Part shown: in pieces, positions 12,400 to 27,149 of the stretch
How positions within the stretch are numbered: position 1 is the stretch's first letter
Layout of the letters: each line of letters opens with the position of its first letter
NCBI RefSeq assembly: GCF_963676685.1
Contig: NC_092346.1
Coordinates: 32,922,001-32,986,000, forward strand
Source: Mytilus edulis
Lineage: Eukaryota
Direction: 5' to 3'
DNA: 64,000 nt
Made by a program: the position numbers and the translations under genes
The notes under the pieces: model-generated
Seen by the model: the letters and a program-made list of their open reading frames with translations, nothing else
Database searches by the model: none
Told to the model about the DNA's origin: nothing

Positions 12400-14600
12400 G
12401 TTGTTAGTACATCGATTGTCATTACACTTTGTTGTTAGTACGTCGATTGTCATTACACTATGTTGTCAAATTGGTCATTTTGTTATTGTCAAATTAGTCG
12501 TTTTGTTATTGTCAAATTCGTCGTTTTGTTATTGTCGGATTTGTATCGCGCGGTAAAATGCAAGATGACTCGTTATTCATGTTCTTATTAACAAATGTAT
12601 ATTTGTATAACTATATAATCGATCATTAAGTTGTTGTAAGATTATCGCCAGTTGTTATTGTTGTGTTTTGTAACGTTATAATCATTATCGGCTAGGTTAA
12701 GATGTTACTGTTAGATCTACCGTTGGCCATTCTGTTATTGTCATAGTTATAACTGATTATAGCCCAATTGTCAGATTTGTAACTGATTATCGGCCCTTTT
12801 GTCAAATTAATAACTGATTATCGCCAGGTTGTCAGATTTGTAACTAATTATCGTCCCTTTTGTCAGATTTGTAACTGGTTATCGTCTTATTGTCAGATTT
12901 ATAAATTATCGTTGGTTAGTGTTATACTGTCAGGTATGTCGTTCGTCAATATACTAGTAAAATTGTCAGAATAATAACTGCTCATTGTGCGTTTGTCCAA
13001 TTTATAATCCCTACCTTTGTAAAGTTTACTCCGGTATGTCATTTCATTTTGGTCATTGTGTTGTTCTCAGATATATCGCTGGCAAATATTGGCTATTGCC
13101 ACCTTGGTAGCAAGTTATTGTACTTTTATAAGAATTATAACCACTGTTTATGCTAATTGATTACTAGTATATATTCCTTTGTATTTTGATACCTCCTTTG
13201 TCAGTCGTGGGTTCGTACTTTTATTAGATGTATCGATCATTGGCTATTTTAAAGTATGTTTAATATCAGTCATTATCGCATTGACATATTTAAGTTAGTC
13301 ATTGTGTTAATGTCAGCTTTACGTTAGTCATTGTGTGAATTCTCTGGGTTTGTCATTGTGTTAATGTCAGAATTAAGTTGGTCATTGTGTTAATGTCAGA
13401 TTTGAAATGATAATTGTATTAATGTTTTGAGATGCTCAGGGCGGTATGGCAGCTTTAAGTTGTTCATTGTGTTAATGTTTTAAGCTTGTCATTATGTTAA
13501 TGATAAACTTTTCTGATTGACATATAGTAGCATTTTGTTTTTGACTGCTTCCATTTACAACTGCACCATTGTTCTGTTTGCAACTGTTCCATTGCCCGTT
13601 GTTTAATAGCAGCTTTAATGTTGCTCATTGTGTTGTTTGCAGCTGTGTCATTGCCGTTTTTTGTTGGCTGCATTATCATTTATCATAGTGCTTTTTGCAT
13701 CTGTATTACTACTCATTGTGTGTCGGGAAATTGATCACTGCTTATTGGGTTGTTTGCAGCTGTTCCATTGCTCATTTTGTGTAGGCAGCATTTTAGTTGT
13801 TCATTGTGTTGTTTGCAGCTGTACTGTTGTGTAATGGCAGCTTTTACGTTGCTCATTGTCTTTGCACCTTCACCATTGTTCATGTTACGTTGGCAGAATT
13901 ATCTTTGCTTATGTTTTGCAGCTGTATCATTGCTCTTGCTTATGATGTTAAATGCAGTTGTTAAGTTGTTTGTATTCCCAGCTTCATCATTATTCTTTGT
14001 TTTGTGTGCAGCAGTGCCATTGCTCGTTTTGTATAGGTCGTTAATTGTTTCATTGTTCGTTTCGTGTTCGCAGCTATACCATTGTTTATTTTTTTGTTTG
14101 CAATGCCCTATTGCTCATTTGGTGTTAGCAGCATAATCATTGTGTTGTTAACAGCTATATATATCATTTCCCATTTGTTGGTGTCTATATTATTGATCGT
14201 CGTACATTGTGTTGTTTGCAGCTATAAATATATATATATATACCATTGCTAATTTTGAATTGGCAGTATTGTCATAGCTAATTGTGTTGTTTCCAGCTTT
14301 ACCATTACTCACTTTGTGTTGTTAGATTTTTTATTGTTCGTTTTGTTGTGCCTGATCTTCCATCGGTCATTTTATTTTGGCAGCCTTATCATTGTGCAAT
14401 GTGTTGTATGCAGCTGTGTCAATTCTGATTATGTAATGGCAGCTTTACCATTATTCAATGTGTTGTTTGCAGTTGTCAGCTGTTTCAAATCTCATCTTGT
14501 TTGAGACATCAACATAATTGATCATTGTGTTGTTGGTAACTACAACAATGTTAATTGCTTTATAGCTGATTATTGGTTCGTTTATCTGCTATAATATTGT
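12400..14600. repeat. Degenerate minisatellites (~21-33-bp units)
   Basis: Recurrent motifs ttgtcagatttgtaactgattatcg, gtcattgtgttaatgtcag and tcattgtgttgtttgcagct. Confidence 0.7.
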
Positions 14601-14637
14601 TCGTTGTGCTTTTTTGCAATTTTTCATTGCAAATGAT

Positions 14638-14920
14638 AAATAAAGGCAACAGTAGTATACCAATGTTAAATAGTCATAAATCGATTGAGAGAAAACAAAT
14701 CCGGGTTCCAAGCTAAAACAGAGGGAAACGCATCAACTATAAGAGGAAAACAACGAAACAACAGAAACATTGAAATGCAACAACAAACAAACGACAATGC
14801 AAAACACACAGAAACGAACTATAAGATAACAAATGTCATTTTCCTGACTTGGTACAGAACATTTTTATAACAAAATGGTGGGTTTAAACCTCGTTGTGTT
14901 GCTAGCCCAACCTGGCGCTT
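14638..14920 (+). repeat. Interspersed repeat, copy 1 (copy 2 at ~19475-19745)
   Basis: Both share ataaa(g/a)gcaacagtagtatacc...gtcataaatcgattga...acagaaacgaactataagataac. Confidence 0.8.
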
Positions 14921-15606
14921 TTATGGCAATGTTAAATACACCACTAAAATGAAAACATTACATGACAGGATTACGGTACAAATAAATGCAAAAACAATCA
15001 GGACAGAATAATACATAAATAAACAATATAATAGAACATTTCGACATGGTCCACAGAATAATAACGAATACGTAAAACAACCTAGGACAGCACACAAAAA
15101 AAAAACAAAAACCACGAACTGTCCGTCACACATCTGTATCAACACCACAAAAGTGACGTTACACGATATTAAAAAAAAAAAGGATATAAATCAAGATTAG
15201 GTTTGTAATTATGTTATTTGATGTATTTTATAACAATTGCAATGTACAAGAATATTTAATATAGAATTGTGTTAGTAATAAGTTAATTAACTGTATTAAA
15301 AATCTATGTTGGTATTTCTTCTAAATCAAACTGTAAAACAAATAACACCTTTATCATATATGCATGGCTCGTTGTTCTTTTTTATATACTTATAGTCGTG
15401 CTCATTGAGACGTCATTATGTTTCTAGCAAATATAACAAACATATCAAACTAATTTTGCTGATTTAGTGTACCATCATCTAACTAATGAAAAGTCTGTAT
15501 CAAGCCAGAACTATGACAGTTGTTTTACATTAGTTTCCTGAGTTTGAAAATTTGATTTTGCAATTTGATGAGGGTCTTTCATTTTTGAATTTTCCTTAGA
15601 GTTTGG

Positions 15607-15851
15607 TATTTTTGTTATTTACTTTTGTTAGTAGTTCTATGATTGGTCGTTGTGTTATTTTTGTTATTTACTCTTGTTAGTAGTTCTATGATTGGTCGTT
15701 GTGTTATTTTTGTTATTTACTTTTGTTAGTAGTTCTATGATTGGTCGTTGTGTTATTTTTGTTATTTACTCTTGTTAGTAGTTCTATGATTGGTCGTTGT
15801 GTTATTTTTGTTATCTACTTTTGTTAGTAGTTCTATGATTGGTCGTTGTGT
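15607..15851. repeat. 49-bp tandem repeat, 5 copies
   Basis: tatttttgttatttacttttgttagtagttctatgattggtcgttgtgt at 49-bp spacing. Confidence 0.92.
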
Positions 15852-18800
15852 TGAGTTTGCTGCATCATTGAAGTGTTATTACTGCTTACAATTTCTTTTG
15901 CGTGTTGTTCTATCCTTCTTGGTGCAACATTTCCTAATAAAGTGTTGTCAGTTTTTTTATTCACTGAAATCATGCATTGTATATTCGGTTTTTAGGGTAC
16001 GGTGCATCTTTGAACGTTACTCGTCTGATATACAAATCGACTCCTTCTGTTTTAGAAGGTTAGTTATCATTCATCTTTTATTTTTCGACGTATCTTTGCT
16101 TATTGTATTGTTAGCAAATTTGTCTTTGTTCGTTTGATATTTTGGCAGATTCTGTTTTGTTCGTGAGTAATTAGCAGATTTATCTTTCTTCAGTAAGTTG
16201 TTAGCAGATTAATCACTGCTTCAATGATATTGGCAGAACTATGTGAGTTCATTGTTCATTGTGTTGCTTGTATGTTCACACATTAACCGTTGTTTTAAGG
16301 AGTTATCCATATAAAGATAGGATGATGTGGTATGATAGTCCATATGACAACTATCCACTTGGGTTATACAGTGCACTCTAAAAGATAACAACACCACGCA
16401 CAAACAGCCATTTTGACACAACTATCCACCATTTTGTTCCTTTCTTGCCGATTTTTTTTTTTTTACGAAATAATGAAATGAATAAAAGGAAAATGTGTTT
16501 GTTAAAGGGCCAGTTGAAGGCGCGGCATTTTCTCATTGGTGTCATTCTGTCCTTGTGTTCAGTTCTTTGGTCGGGTTGTTGTCTCTTTTATACATTCCCT
16601 GTTTCCGTCCTCGTTTTTATTGGACTACAAATAGAATCGTATATTATATTAGAAGATTCGATAACTGTTTTGTTTTTGTTTTTGTAGAACCATTGTTTTC
16701 ACGTTGCCATTAAAACATAATCTAAGCTTACGGATCCCGAGCAAATTTGCCATTTCTTGTGTTGCTATGCATATAGATCCGTTTTCTTTACATTTTTCCT
16801 CTTGTCATAGGCGGAGTGTATTTCATTGCTTTCAAATAGTTGAAATGATTTTAGTTTGATTAAGTTATTTATACAATCATAAAAATTACTTTTATTTGAG
16901 GGGTGGACGTATTAACTTGGAGCAAAACCTCTGTTATCTAGGGTTTTTGATAGTGTGCTGATCGTCATTGAATATTTTTGTAGACTTCAATGATTCATAT
17001 ATTTATCAACCAAAGTATACGGCATTGGAAGACTAGAATTCCTCAAACTAAATCAACAAATAAGACAAGAAATGCAAAAGCAAAATAATAAATAATGAAC
17101 AGAAAGATTTCGAAATAAAAACCTCAGGCTCTTGTGAGACAGACTTCGCTTACTGAGACCAATGCGTCCACTTTATTAGAACTTCCCTATCAAACTAAGA
17201 ACTTTGTCATGGCAATTAATTGGAATTTATTATTGGTTATTTTGATTTTTCTAAAGTGACTTTAGACTTGTTATTTCGCATTTGCTGTTGTCCGCAGCTT
17301 TTCTGTAGCACTATATGTTGCTAGGTAGAGCTAATATGTATACTCAAAGTTTGTTTTTAACGGGCCAATTGTCCAACTGGGAGCTCTATATCTTGCTATC
17401 GGATTAAATCTTTAGATACGCGCTTCCTTGTTTGTCTTTACCTAAGCTTTGGTTGATATGAGGTCAGACTTGTGCCTCGGTCTAAAATGAGGTCGTCTAC
17501 TATAGAATTGGTTTAGTTTTTTATGGACTAACGTTTTCAGCTATAGTCAGTGATGACAGTGATGTTGCTTCGCATCACACACAAGTCAGCTCATTCTGTT
17601 CTGAAATTCAAGTTTTTAGCATAAGAAATATATACATTTTGTGACCTGTTTTATTTATCTATTTAAGAAAATATTTATCTAATAAATAAATTATTTATTT
17701 ATTTATTGTCTTTTTTTTCATTCTTTTTTTTCTTCTACTTTTTTTTCAATTTTCTTGCTTTTTAACTAATTGTTTATATAATTATTCATTTAGTTATTTT
17801 TATTCATTTATTTCACTTTCTTTAACTAATTCTTTGTATATCTATTTATAAATTTATATATTTATTTATTTATTTTCATTTTGATGTTCAGTGGTTTGGT
17901 CCTCGACATTCTTGTATCATAAATGTTTGGACGTTAGCGTTAAACAATAAATTATCTTTGTTCAATATGTTGTAACCTCTGTTTAATTTAGACATCAAAG
18001 TGTCGTCTGTTCAATGGTGTTCAATTCTTAAACGTCAACAAATCTTTTTTTCAAATCTAAACCTTTTTTAATTTGATGACGTGTATCATAAGTATTTAAT
18101 TTAATCAGATAACTTGGAGTGATAAAAGAAACAAGAAAAGGACCGATTCAAATCGGAAGTTTATAAATACTACTTTGAATTTTGATATTTGGTCGGTTAT
18201 AGTGTACAGTGGGTGCAGACGGGCTATAAAAATACCTAGGCGTTTATAATTAGTTATGCTGCATGGCGATGACTGAATGTGCTTAGCACCATTTTTAATT
18301 TTCAATGCAAATGACCACTTTCATAAAGAGATGTTTATCATATAACGATATGCGATAAGGTGTATCATTTTCAAAGCTTCGATTTAAAAACGTTATTAAC
18401 GAAAGGTTTTAATTTTCACTGCTTCGGGTCCTTTCTTTTTTAATTATTTGATCAAATCTATAATGAGTTTTTGGGAAATAAAGTTTGTATATGATTTTGA
18501 TAAGGGAGATCAATCATCGACGCTTGTTTTGGTTCTTTGAGATGGGTACCGAAAGTAAAGTAAATAAACATTCGGGACAGATCTACTCAGTAATCTAAGG
18601 CCAAACGTGTGGTTTTCTTGGTTTTGCATCAGGTTTTTAATGATCTCCAAAAAGGAAAAAAATGAAACTGAGTAAAAGTAAAATGCAGGGTTTTTTAAGA
18701 ACATATTTGAAATTTAGTGATATGTTTATGTCCTGAACTGATTTTAAAGTGCACGAAAAAGGAAAAATAACAAAAATACCGAACCTCAAGGAAATCCATA

Positions 18801-19474
18801 TCGGAAAGTCCCTTATCAAATGGTAAAATCCATAGCTCAAACAGTCAAACGAAATATGGAAATAACCTCATATTCCTGACTTGATATGTAGAAACTTTTA
18901 GATTAAAACTGGTTTTATAGCTAGCTAAACCTCTCACTTCTATGACATTCGCTTAAGGTAGATCATAAGTATATACTTTTGGAGACCGATTTTTCTTATA
19001 ATTATCAAAAATGAAGATTTTAATAAAGGCTTTTTTTTTCTCAAAAATATGATAAAAAAGAATGAGTCGCCGCGCTATTTTTCAAGCTTATGAGTCGTTG
19101 AAAATTGCCTAAATTTGGTTAGATTGTTCATGTAAAAACCCATTTATGTGCATAAAAAATTGAATGATGTCGTCAGAACTGTTCGCTATTGACGACAAAA
19201 TATTACGGAATCGTCTGCAAAGTCCAGCAATGTCGGACATATATAAATAAGTTCTGTAAAATCCGTTTCTCGATCACGTCCAATTTTATTCAAATTGATT
19301 TAACATAACTCGTAAACAAAACTAAACAAAAAACTGAAGTATTTCATATAGGTAAACACGTAGACCTGGTGTCTATATCACTTTCATCCGTTTTAGTAAA
19401 GTTACTTACTAAAGAGTATATAATTTACTTATGTTAATACTCGCTGATCATTTATAGGGCTGGAAATGTACTAT

Positions 19475-19745
19475 TAATAAAAGCAACAGTAGTATACCGC
19501 GGTTCGAAAGTCATAAATCGATTGAAAGAAAAAACAAATCCGGGTTACAAACGGCTTAAACCGAGAGAAACACATCAAATATAAGATGAAAATAACAAAA
19601 CAACAGAAACACTGAAGTGTACAAAAAACAAACGACAATGCAACATACACAGAAACGAACTATAAGATAACAACTGCTCTTTTCCTTGATATAGGACATT
19701 TTAAGAAAAAAATGTTGGGTTGAACCTAGTTTTGTGGCTAGCTCG
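19475..19745 (+). repeat. Interspersed repeat, copy 2 of the 14638 family
   Basis: Colinear similarity to 14638-14910. Confidence 0.8.
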
Positions 19746-20128
19746 AACTTTTATGAAAACTGGTCAATTTATTTAATGTTATTGATAGACATCATCAGTA
19801 TAGGTCCATAGAAACAGAACAATATAGAAACAATTTCCAGTTTAACACAGATAGTTCACTGATAGAGCTGCGATGAGGTGGAAGATATACATCATGTTTT
19901 TCTTCATTGTCATTTCAATGAACAATCAGCAGAACGAAAAGATATTTTTAGAGAACTTATAAATAGAATGATAATAATAAATAATTTTGACGCAAGTTGT
20001 CCCGATACACAAAATCTAAAACTCTTAACCCGAAATAAAACCCTTCTTATAGGCTAGCTGTCTCTGATTTTATAAATCAATTATTCACGTCATTCGGACT
20101 TTGGTAGATATTTGTGTCATTGCAATTA

Positions 20129-20259
20129 CTGTAAAATCAACCTTTTTTCGCGATTAGAAATATAACGCGCATATAAATCGTCGCGAAAATGTCAAATTGC
20201 TGCTGTAGAAAGGTCGTAACGCAAAATAAAATAAACGCGAAAATAAGTTGGTTTACATG
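20129..20259. mobile_element. Short TA-flanked MITE
   Basis: ctgtaaaatcaacc...tttcgcg versus cgcgaaaataagttggtttacatg; splits the cattgcaat|taccacatct end of another repeat. Confidence 0.55.
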
Positions 20260-22808
20260 TATACCACATCTCCTTATTTTTATTTATGTTCACATCTGTG
20301 TACCAAAAGTTTATTTTTTCTCATATATATCTTATAGTTTTGTTTGTTTTTTGTTTGTTTGTGTGTTTTCTTGTTTATGTTTCTATTTCGTTGTCTTCGT
20401 GTCTTTGTAGCCTTGGCCAATGTAGGGGTGAATGTAGGAGAATAAATAAATAGAATTGTTTTTCTTTTTTCTATATGTGTACATAATTATGAAGTGTAAT
20501 GTATTGAATAAATAAAGAAATCTTATGTTTTAATACACAAAAAAATAGTTCTACACAATGTTGAACGGTTTGCTCTACTGTCAGTAAGTTGGGCTTAGAC
20601 TATACATGATAGAAAAATATGAAAAAAACACTTTATAAATTTCATGCGTCCGAAGTGCCTTTTTTACATTTACCTTCAAAGCTGGATAGTTGAAAGCTCA
20701 GCTAAATAAAAAAACATATATATACATGTTATAGAAAAATATTATATGTATTTAGAATGAATTTTAGGTTTATATTGATAATAAAAAAAAATATAATTAA
20801 ATATAATATATATTTTTCATCGCGTATGTTTCATAAAAATGTTTTATTTTATAATAAAAATTGTAAGCACGTTTCTGTCATGGACTGTAAATATATTAAC
20901 TGATTTTAATTCAATAGAAGACAAAGTTACCTCAGGAACAAAGGAAAGAATTTACAATTTACATTTTTGGTATTTTATATTAAAATAAATATTTTATTGG
21001 GAACATTTGTATGCTTTAATCCTCCCAACAATATCCTGTTTGTTCGGTATTATTCTGTTACAAGAAAATTTACTTTGCGAATTGTCACTCATAATTATCT
21101 TCTAACCCTTCTCTTATTTTCATTCCTATGTGCGTGTGTGTTGCATCCTATTAGATTTTTTCCTTCAGAAATTCACTTTGTATTTTGTTTCCGATCTTGT
21201 TTCATTTTTTTTAGGAACAAAAGTGATTACAGGTCCGTGGTTGGTGTTTAAAGTAATAAGAATACATTTGTCATGGAAAAATATGTTGACCAAAAACGGG
21301 TCATCGCTATATTGATTCTTTCGAATTTTTAAGAAACGAATTTCTGAGATACTTTTTCTTGTCTTTTTTTAGCAACAACAAAAAGTAACATATGCCATGA
21401 ATTTTATTCCCCAAATTTGCTAATTAAATCTTCTAGGCTATATTTATTTTCAGTAATCTGTCAAATAGGCTCAAATCACTTAGAACAATTCGCAGACGCC
21501 TTTTTGCAGTTGGATTTGAAGGAACCAAATTTTTCGGTTTGATGAAGTTTAATTATCTCTCTATATAAGAAGCTATAATTTCCCAGCTTCAGCTTGTTAC
21601 CGATACAATTAAATTATATCTTTGAATGTAAAACACATCAAAACTTGACAACATACATGTGAACATTTTTACAGTCGAGTGAGCTCGCTCGGAGATGGAA
21701 TATTAACTTGACATGTCCTTGTCCAAGAGAACAAGACATACTTCTGCAAAATACTAGGTCCATTTTCTTCGTCCTAATTTGCAATTTTACAAATTGCTAC
21801 GAAGAATAGATAAAAAATTAACGCCCATCGTCAATATGTTAATTTTAAGCAAAAATTATAAGACTTGTCTGATGAAATTAACGACATTTTGAGGTACATG
21901 ACAGCTGTATCGTCTTCAATTTTCAATGCATTAAAATGTTGCGCTTTTTTTGTATTTTACAGATTTTTATTTATTTTTGAACATTTATAAATTATTACTC
22001 CGTTATCGAAAATTAAATTAATTTTTTTTAAGTGTTGTCATTACCATCCCATTAAATAATTTAACTTATTGCAAACCTGTAACGAAAGTTCAAATCTGAG
22101 AATTAAAAAATGCCTGATATTCAACATAAAAGATAATTTAATTATAAAATGAGATAAAATATTTGGTCGCGGTCTCTTTTGACATGGGAGTCACCGATAA
22201 TGTCCTCGTTAGAGGGATCTTTGCAGGAAATTACAGATACATCTCTGATAAGAACACGACAAAGATCGACAAAGTGTTGATAAGAATTTGAAGCAAGAAA
22301 TTAAAGGGTCACAAAATGTCATCCTGCCTCAGAAAATTGCCTCCGTGTAATATTTATGTTGCACTGGCTGATAGCCATGGACATTATTTCTGTTGCATTA
22401 CATATTGTTCATGGACAATATACAAAGGGAGATAACACACTTGTAATATCGTGGAGGTTACAGTTGATAGATACGCTGGAGTTGTCTCTGATAAGCTTTG
22501 AAAATATAATTTCTTCTATTAAAATGATAAAAGATACTATAGCTGAAGTAGTAAGTACTTCGGCACTGACATGATTTTAACAAACCTTTCTAAAATTGTC
22601 CATTATTGCAAAATTTTGAATTTGTAAGAAACTAAGGTAGATAAGTTTTGATATATTTTATAGGTCCCTCTTTGGTCATATAGCTCTTCAAATGTTTATG
22701 TTATTATATATTCATGGCTTTCAAATATTCGGCTTTCAGCATTCCTGATGAAAGTAAATCAACAAAAGCGCATGGATGTATAAGAAGCTTATATATGAAT
22801 ATACCATT

Positions 22809-23267
22809 ATATCGTCGCTGGGCTTCTAAAATGTTGTAAATTACAAATTTTTCAATAAAAAAATATCTCACAAACAGGCTTTGAAAATTTTGGTAAAATG
22901 CATGCTTCCAAAATGTCGTATGTGAACTTGAACATTTTTGTAAATAGCAGTGAAATAAAAACTTTGACATTTCTGGATTATCAAAGAACTTAAACTATTT
23001 TCACAGAAATAAAGAAATGTACAATTATTTTTTCCCAAAGCCATTCTACAACGATTTTCAAGTTTTCATACAACATTTTGGAAGCAAACTTTACAAACAA
23101 ATGACATTGGCAATTTTGTAATATGTCTTATTTCACACATTTTGATTGGTCTAACTGTATGCTATTTTGGTATACCAAAGATTTCCTCCCGCCGAGACCA
23201 TTGATGTCAAGAAGTATTTTTAGCCAAAAAAGTCATATACGACATTTTAGAAGCCCAGCGACGATAT
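22809..23267. mobile_element. MITE-like foldback element with 30-bp TIRs and internal inverted repeats
   Basis: atatcgtcgctgggcttctaaaatgttgta / tacgacattttagaagcccagcgacgatat; second inverted pair at ~22905-22935 / 23055-23085. Confidence 0.7.
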
Positions 23268-23749
23268 GGAACATTTCAGTTTGATATTAGACAAGGGATG
23301 GTTTCCTTTAAAATAGTGTAAGATAATCTAAGGAAATAGAAGTTTCTCAGAAACGGGGCTCAGATACTTCACAAAAATGAAATTTAATGTATTTAGGTCC
23401 TATTTGGTTACTAGTATATAATAGCTTCAACTGTTTATGCTTTATAAATTCATGGCTTTCAAGTATTCGAGCGTTCCTTGATGAAGGTAAATTCAGAAAA
23501 GCACTTTGGACGCATGCACTGTCTAACGTATTATTTAAAAAAAAAAAAAAAAAAATGTTTATAAGATCTGAGAATACTTGCAGTAACTAACCATGTTTTA
23601 TATTAGTACATTCTATATGTGTATTTCCAAAGTTACTCTTTAAATCAGTGGTTGTATTTGTTTCTGTCTCTTTTATCTGTTTTTCGTTAACTGTTTCCAT
23701 GGTTTCGGTTTGATATACGGGGCCGACGTATTTTGTTGTTGTTTGAACT

Positions 23750-26405
23750 GTTTCGCATTTAACTTATCGGTGTCTTTTATAGCTGACTACTCAGTTTTTG
23801 CTTTTGTTGAAGGCTTGATGGGGACCTATAATTAATTAAATTCACGTCAGTTTGGACTGTTGGTTAGTTGTCTCAATGGCAACCATACCGCATCTCCTTA
23901 TTTTACATCAAACCCTTAGAAATTTTAAACATATAAATAAGAACAAGTGGTAGTAGTGCAAATGCGACAAATTTTCGCCAGAAACCAAACTGATTGCATC
24001 GAAGTTAACAACTATATGCAACAATGAGCAAAACCCATATCGCATAGTCGACTATGAAAGGACCCTAAATGACAAATGTAAAACAATTCAAACGAAAAAA
24101 TGAACGAACTGATTTATGCACTAAATAATGCACGATGCACAAATATGATAGACATCGACTGACGACAATCATTAACTCCAAACTCCTGACTTGAAACAAG
24201 CACATACAAATGTGGCGCCTATATCCCCTGACCTTGGACAGTGATGTAACAGTTCAACATATGAACAAACTATTAAAATCAGTTAAAAAGGGTTTACCTT
24301 ATAAGATCGAAACAAAGCAGACATACATCTATATATTACTATGCGGAATGGGCTTTGCTCATTGTTGAAGGCCGTACTGTGACCTATAGTTGTTAATTAC
24401 TCTGCCATTTGGTCTCTTGTGGAGAGTTGTCTCGTTGGCAATATTAACGCATCTTCTCTTTTTTTATATATCAAAACATTTAATCCCGCTGCAAATGTTT
24501 GAATCTGTCTTAAGTCAGGAATCTGATGTACAGTAGTTGTCGTTTGTTTATGTAATTTACACGTGTTTCTCGTTTCTCGTTTTTTATATAGATTAGACCG
24601 TTGTTTTTCTCGTTTGGATGGTTTTACACTAGTAATTTTGGGGCCCTTTATAGCTTATTGTTCCGAATGTGAGCCAATGTTCCGTGTTGAAGGCAGTACA
24701 TTGACCTATAATGGTTTACTGTTATAAATTGTTATTTTGGATGGAGAGTTGTCTTATTGGCACTCACACCACATCTACCTATATCTAGTTACGCATACTG
24801 TTCCTACAATTCCTATGATTTAAAACTAAATCTTCGAAATTTCCTCCGCAAAACAAAACAAAAAAATGTTATCAAACACTAATTACTTTATAAACAAATT
24901 CAGTATATGTTTCATTTATGTTTCTATAGCCCTTGGTCGTATGCTTAGTAATATCTAATATATTTGAAGATTAAAACAACAAAGCTATGTGAAAAATACG
25001 GCTATCCAACGTTACATATTTTTTGAAAAACTGTTTTCACTCTTATGTATAGTGATCCTATTTCTTATTCTCTGATCTTCCTAACACTTGGCGGTAACAA
25101 CAACGTGTGTCGGTTCTTTGTGACATTAAAGCCGTTATTTTGTCAAATTTAATTTAACTCGGTGGCTGCATGTTATTAAAAAGAAGATGTGGTATGATTG
25201 CCAATGAGACAACTATCCACAAAAGACCAAAAACATTAACAACTATAGGTCACCGTACGGCCTTCAACAATGAGCAAAGCCCATACCACATAGTCAGCTA
25301 TAAAAGGCCTCGATAAGACAATATAAAACAATTCAAACGAGAAAACTAACGGCCTTATTTATGTTAAAAAAATGAACGAAAAACAAATATGTAACACATA
25401 AACAAACGACAACCACTGAATTACAGGCTCCTGACTTGGGACAGGCACATACATAAATAAGGTGGCGGGGTTAAACATGGAATAACTAGTGGAATGTTAA
25501 GTTGGAATAAGAAAAATGTTCAATTACGTTTTCCGTTGACTCAACGACTAAAAGTGAACTTTTATAAGTAGATATCGTAGAAAATGTCGAACAAAAAACA
25601 CAGACCGGGCGAGCAGGGACATTGGTCATCCCTCATCCCCCCCCCCAAAAAAAAAAAGAAACACACTAAGCACAGATCAATCTGAGTGTACCCGCAGTTA
25701 CTGACCACTAGTTCAAAGCCAAACACAACTCTGACTGTTTATGACGTCTTATACTAAATCCACTGGATGTTGGATGTGTACTAATTGATAATTTTGTCTT
25801 ATAATATATATATATAGATGCATGATTATTTTATAAGTTGTTAGTGGCTCTGAATTAGCTGTCAGTAACTGCGACTAAGTACTCTCAGATCTGTATTTAG
25901 TGTCTTTTTGTTGTTTGGATGTACAAGTATTCGTGGCCACGTCCACTTATATTTGTAGTATTTGTATTTTTGTCTATCTGATGAGTAAAGCCCTTTTGAA
26001 CTGATTTTTATAGTTCCGTCCTTGTGTTGTACTGTTACACCACTATCCCAGGTTTAGGGAGAAAAGGGGCTAGTGTGTCCACTATAACATGTTAAACCAA
26101 CGCCACATTCTGTTTGTATGTGCCTGTCCAAAATCAGGAGCCTGTAATTCAGTAGTTGTCGTCTGTTTATGTTTTACTTATTTGTTTTTCGTTCATTTTT
26201 TGTACATAAATTAGGCCGCTAGTTTTCTCGTTTCAACTGTTTTATACTGTCATTCCGATGCCTTTTATAGCTAATTATACGGTATGGGCTTTGTTCATTG
26301 TTGAAGGCCGTACGGTGACCTATAGTTGTTTTAAAAATTTCTGTGTCATTTGGTCTCTTGTGGATAGAGTTGTCTCATTGGCAATCATACCACATCTTTT
26401 TTTTT
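23750..26405. repeat. Cluster of copies (both orientations) of an abundant interspersed repeat family
   Basis: aagatgtggtatgattgccaatgagacaact on + at 25184 and on - ending ~26400, ~24455, ~24785, ~23900; further copies at ~32180, 33690/39255 and 47965. Confidence 0.8.
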
Positions 26406-26591
26406 AAATAAAAAGTAATGCACCTAAGAATAATATGTAGATGTATGTTTTTGTATCTTTAAATGAATACATGGTTTTGTCTTCATTATGTTTATACAGT
26501 ACTTAAATAAAGAAAAGTCAATGGATATTCTATGATAACATTTTTTTTAACTCTTTTGAACCTTGGAAAAATCGTTTTTTGAATTTTTTTT

Positions 26592-26726
26592 AACAATATG
26601 AATGTTGTTGTTTGAACAATATGAATGTTGTTGTTTGAACAATATGAATGTTGTTGTTTGAACAATATGAATGTTGTTGTTTGAACAATATGAATGTTGT
26701 TGTTTGAACAATATGAATGTTGTTGT
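26592..26726. repeat. 23-bp tandem repeat, ~6 copies
   Basis: aacaatatgaatgttgttgtttg repeated. Confidence 0.92.
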
Positions 26727-27149
26727 CTACTTAAAAAAGTTGGACCTTTAATGAAAAAGATGACAAAAAGTAAATGCTAATAAAATTTATTTAATTTTAT
26801 ACTTAAATTTCTGGATGAAGAAAAAAAGGAAACCAGATATGCACGTGAGAAATTGTCCTATGAAATCAGTTCAATATAACAGATTTTCATTTCAAAAAGA
26901 TGGGTTTTTTTCATAAATAAATCTGGCACCTTAGTTTTTGATAGTTTAACCTCTAAACTTTAAGTTTTGAATGTTTCTGTTGTACTTATATACATAAATG
27001 GTGCTTGGAAATATTTTAAACCAAACTGAAAAGGTTATTTATTTGGAACAATCCAAAACGAGATGCACAGAAAGGCACTCAGTCATAGATCATTCAGTGC
27101 AATAAGCACTTTTTGCTTGCTTAACGAGTTGATAATCATAAAGGGATAA

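Noticed and set aside
13497-14504. Hydrophobic Cys/Leu/Val-rich short ORFs
   Set aside because: Translations of a T/G-rich degenerate minisatellite.
22200-22574. Short ORF-like, slightly GC-richer stretch
   Set aside because: Frames close quickly, no recognisable motif or consistent splice sites.
25178-26405. ~300-bp inverted pair suggesting one large TIR element
   Set aside because: Both arms belong to a family found many times singly in the window, and the minus copy extends further with homology to 23935-24320. More likely two independent insertions.
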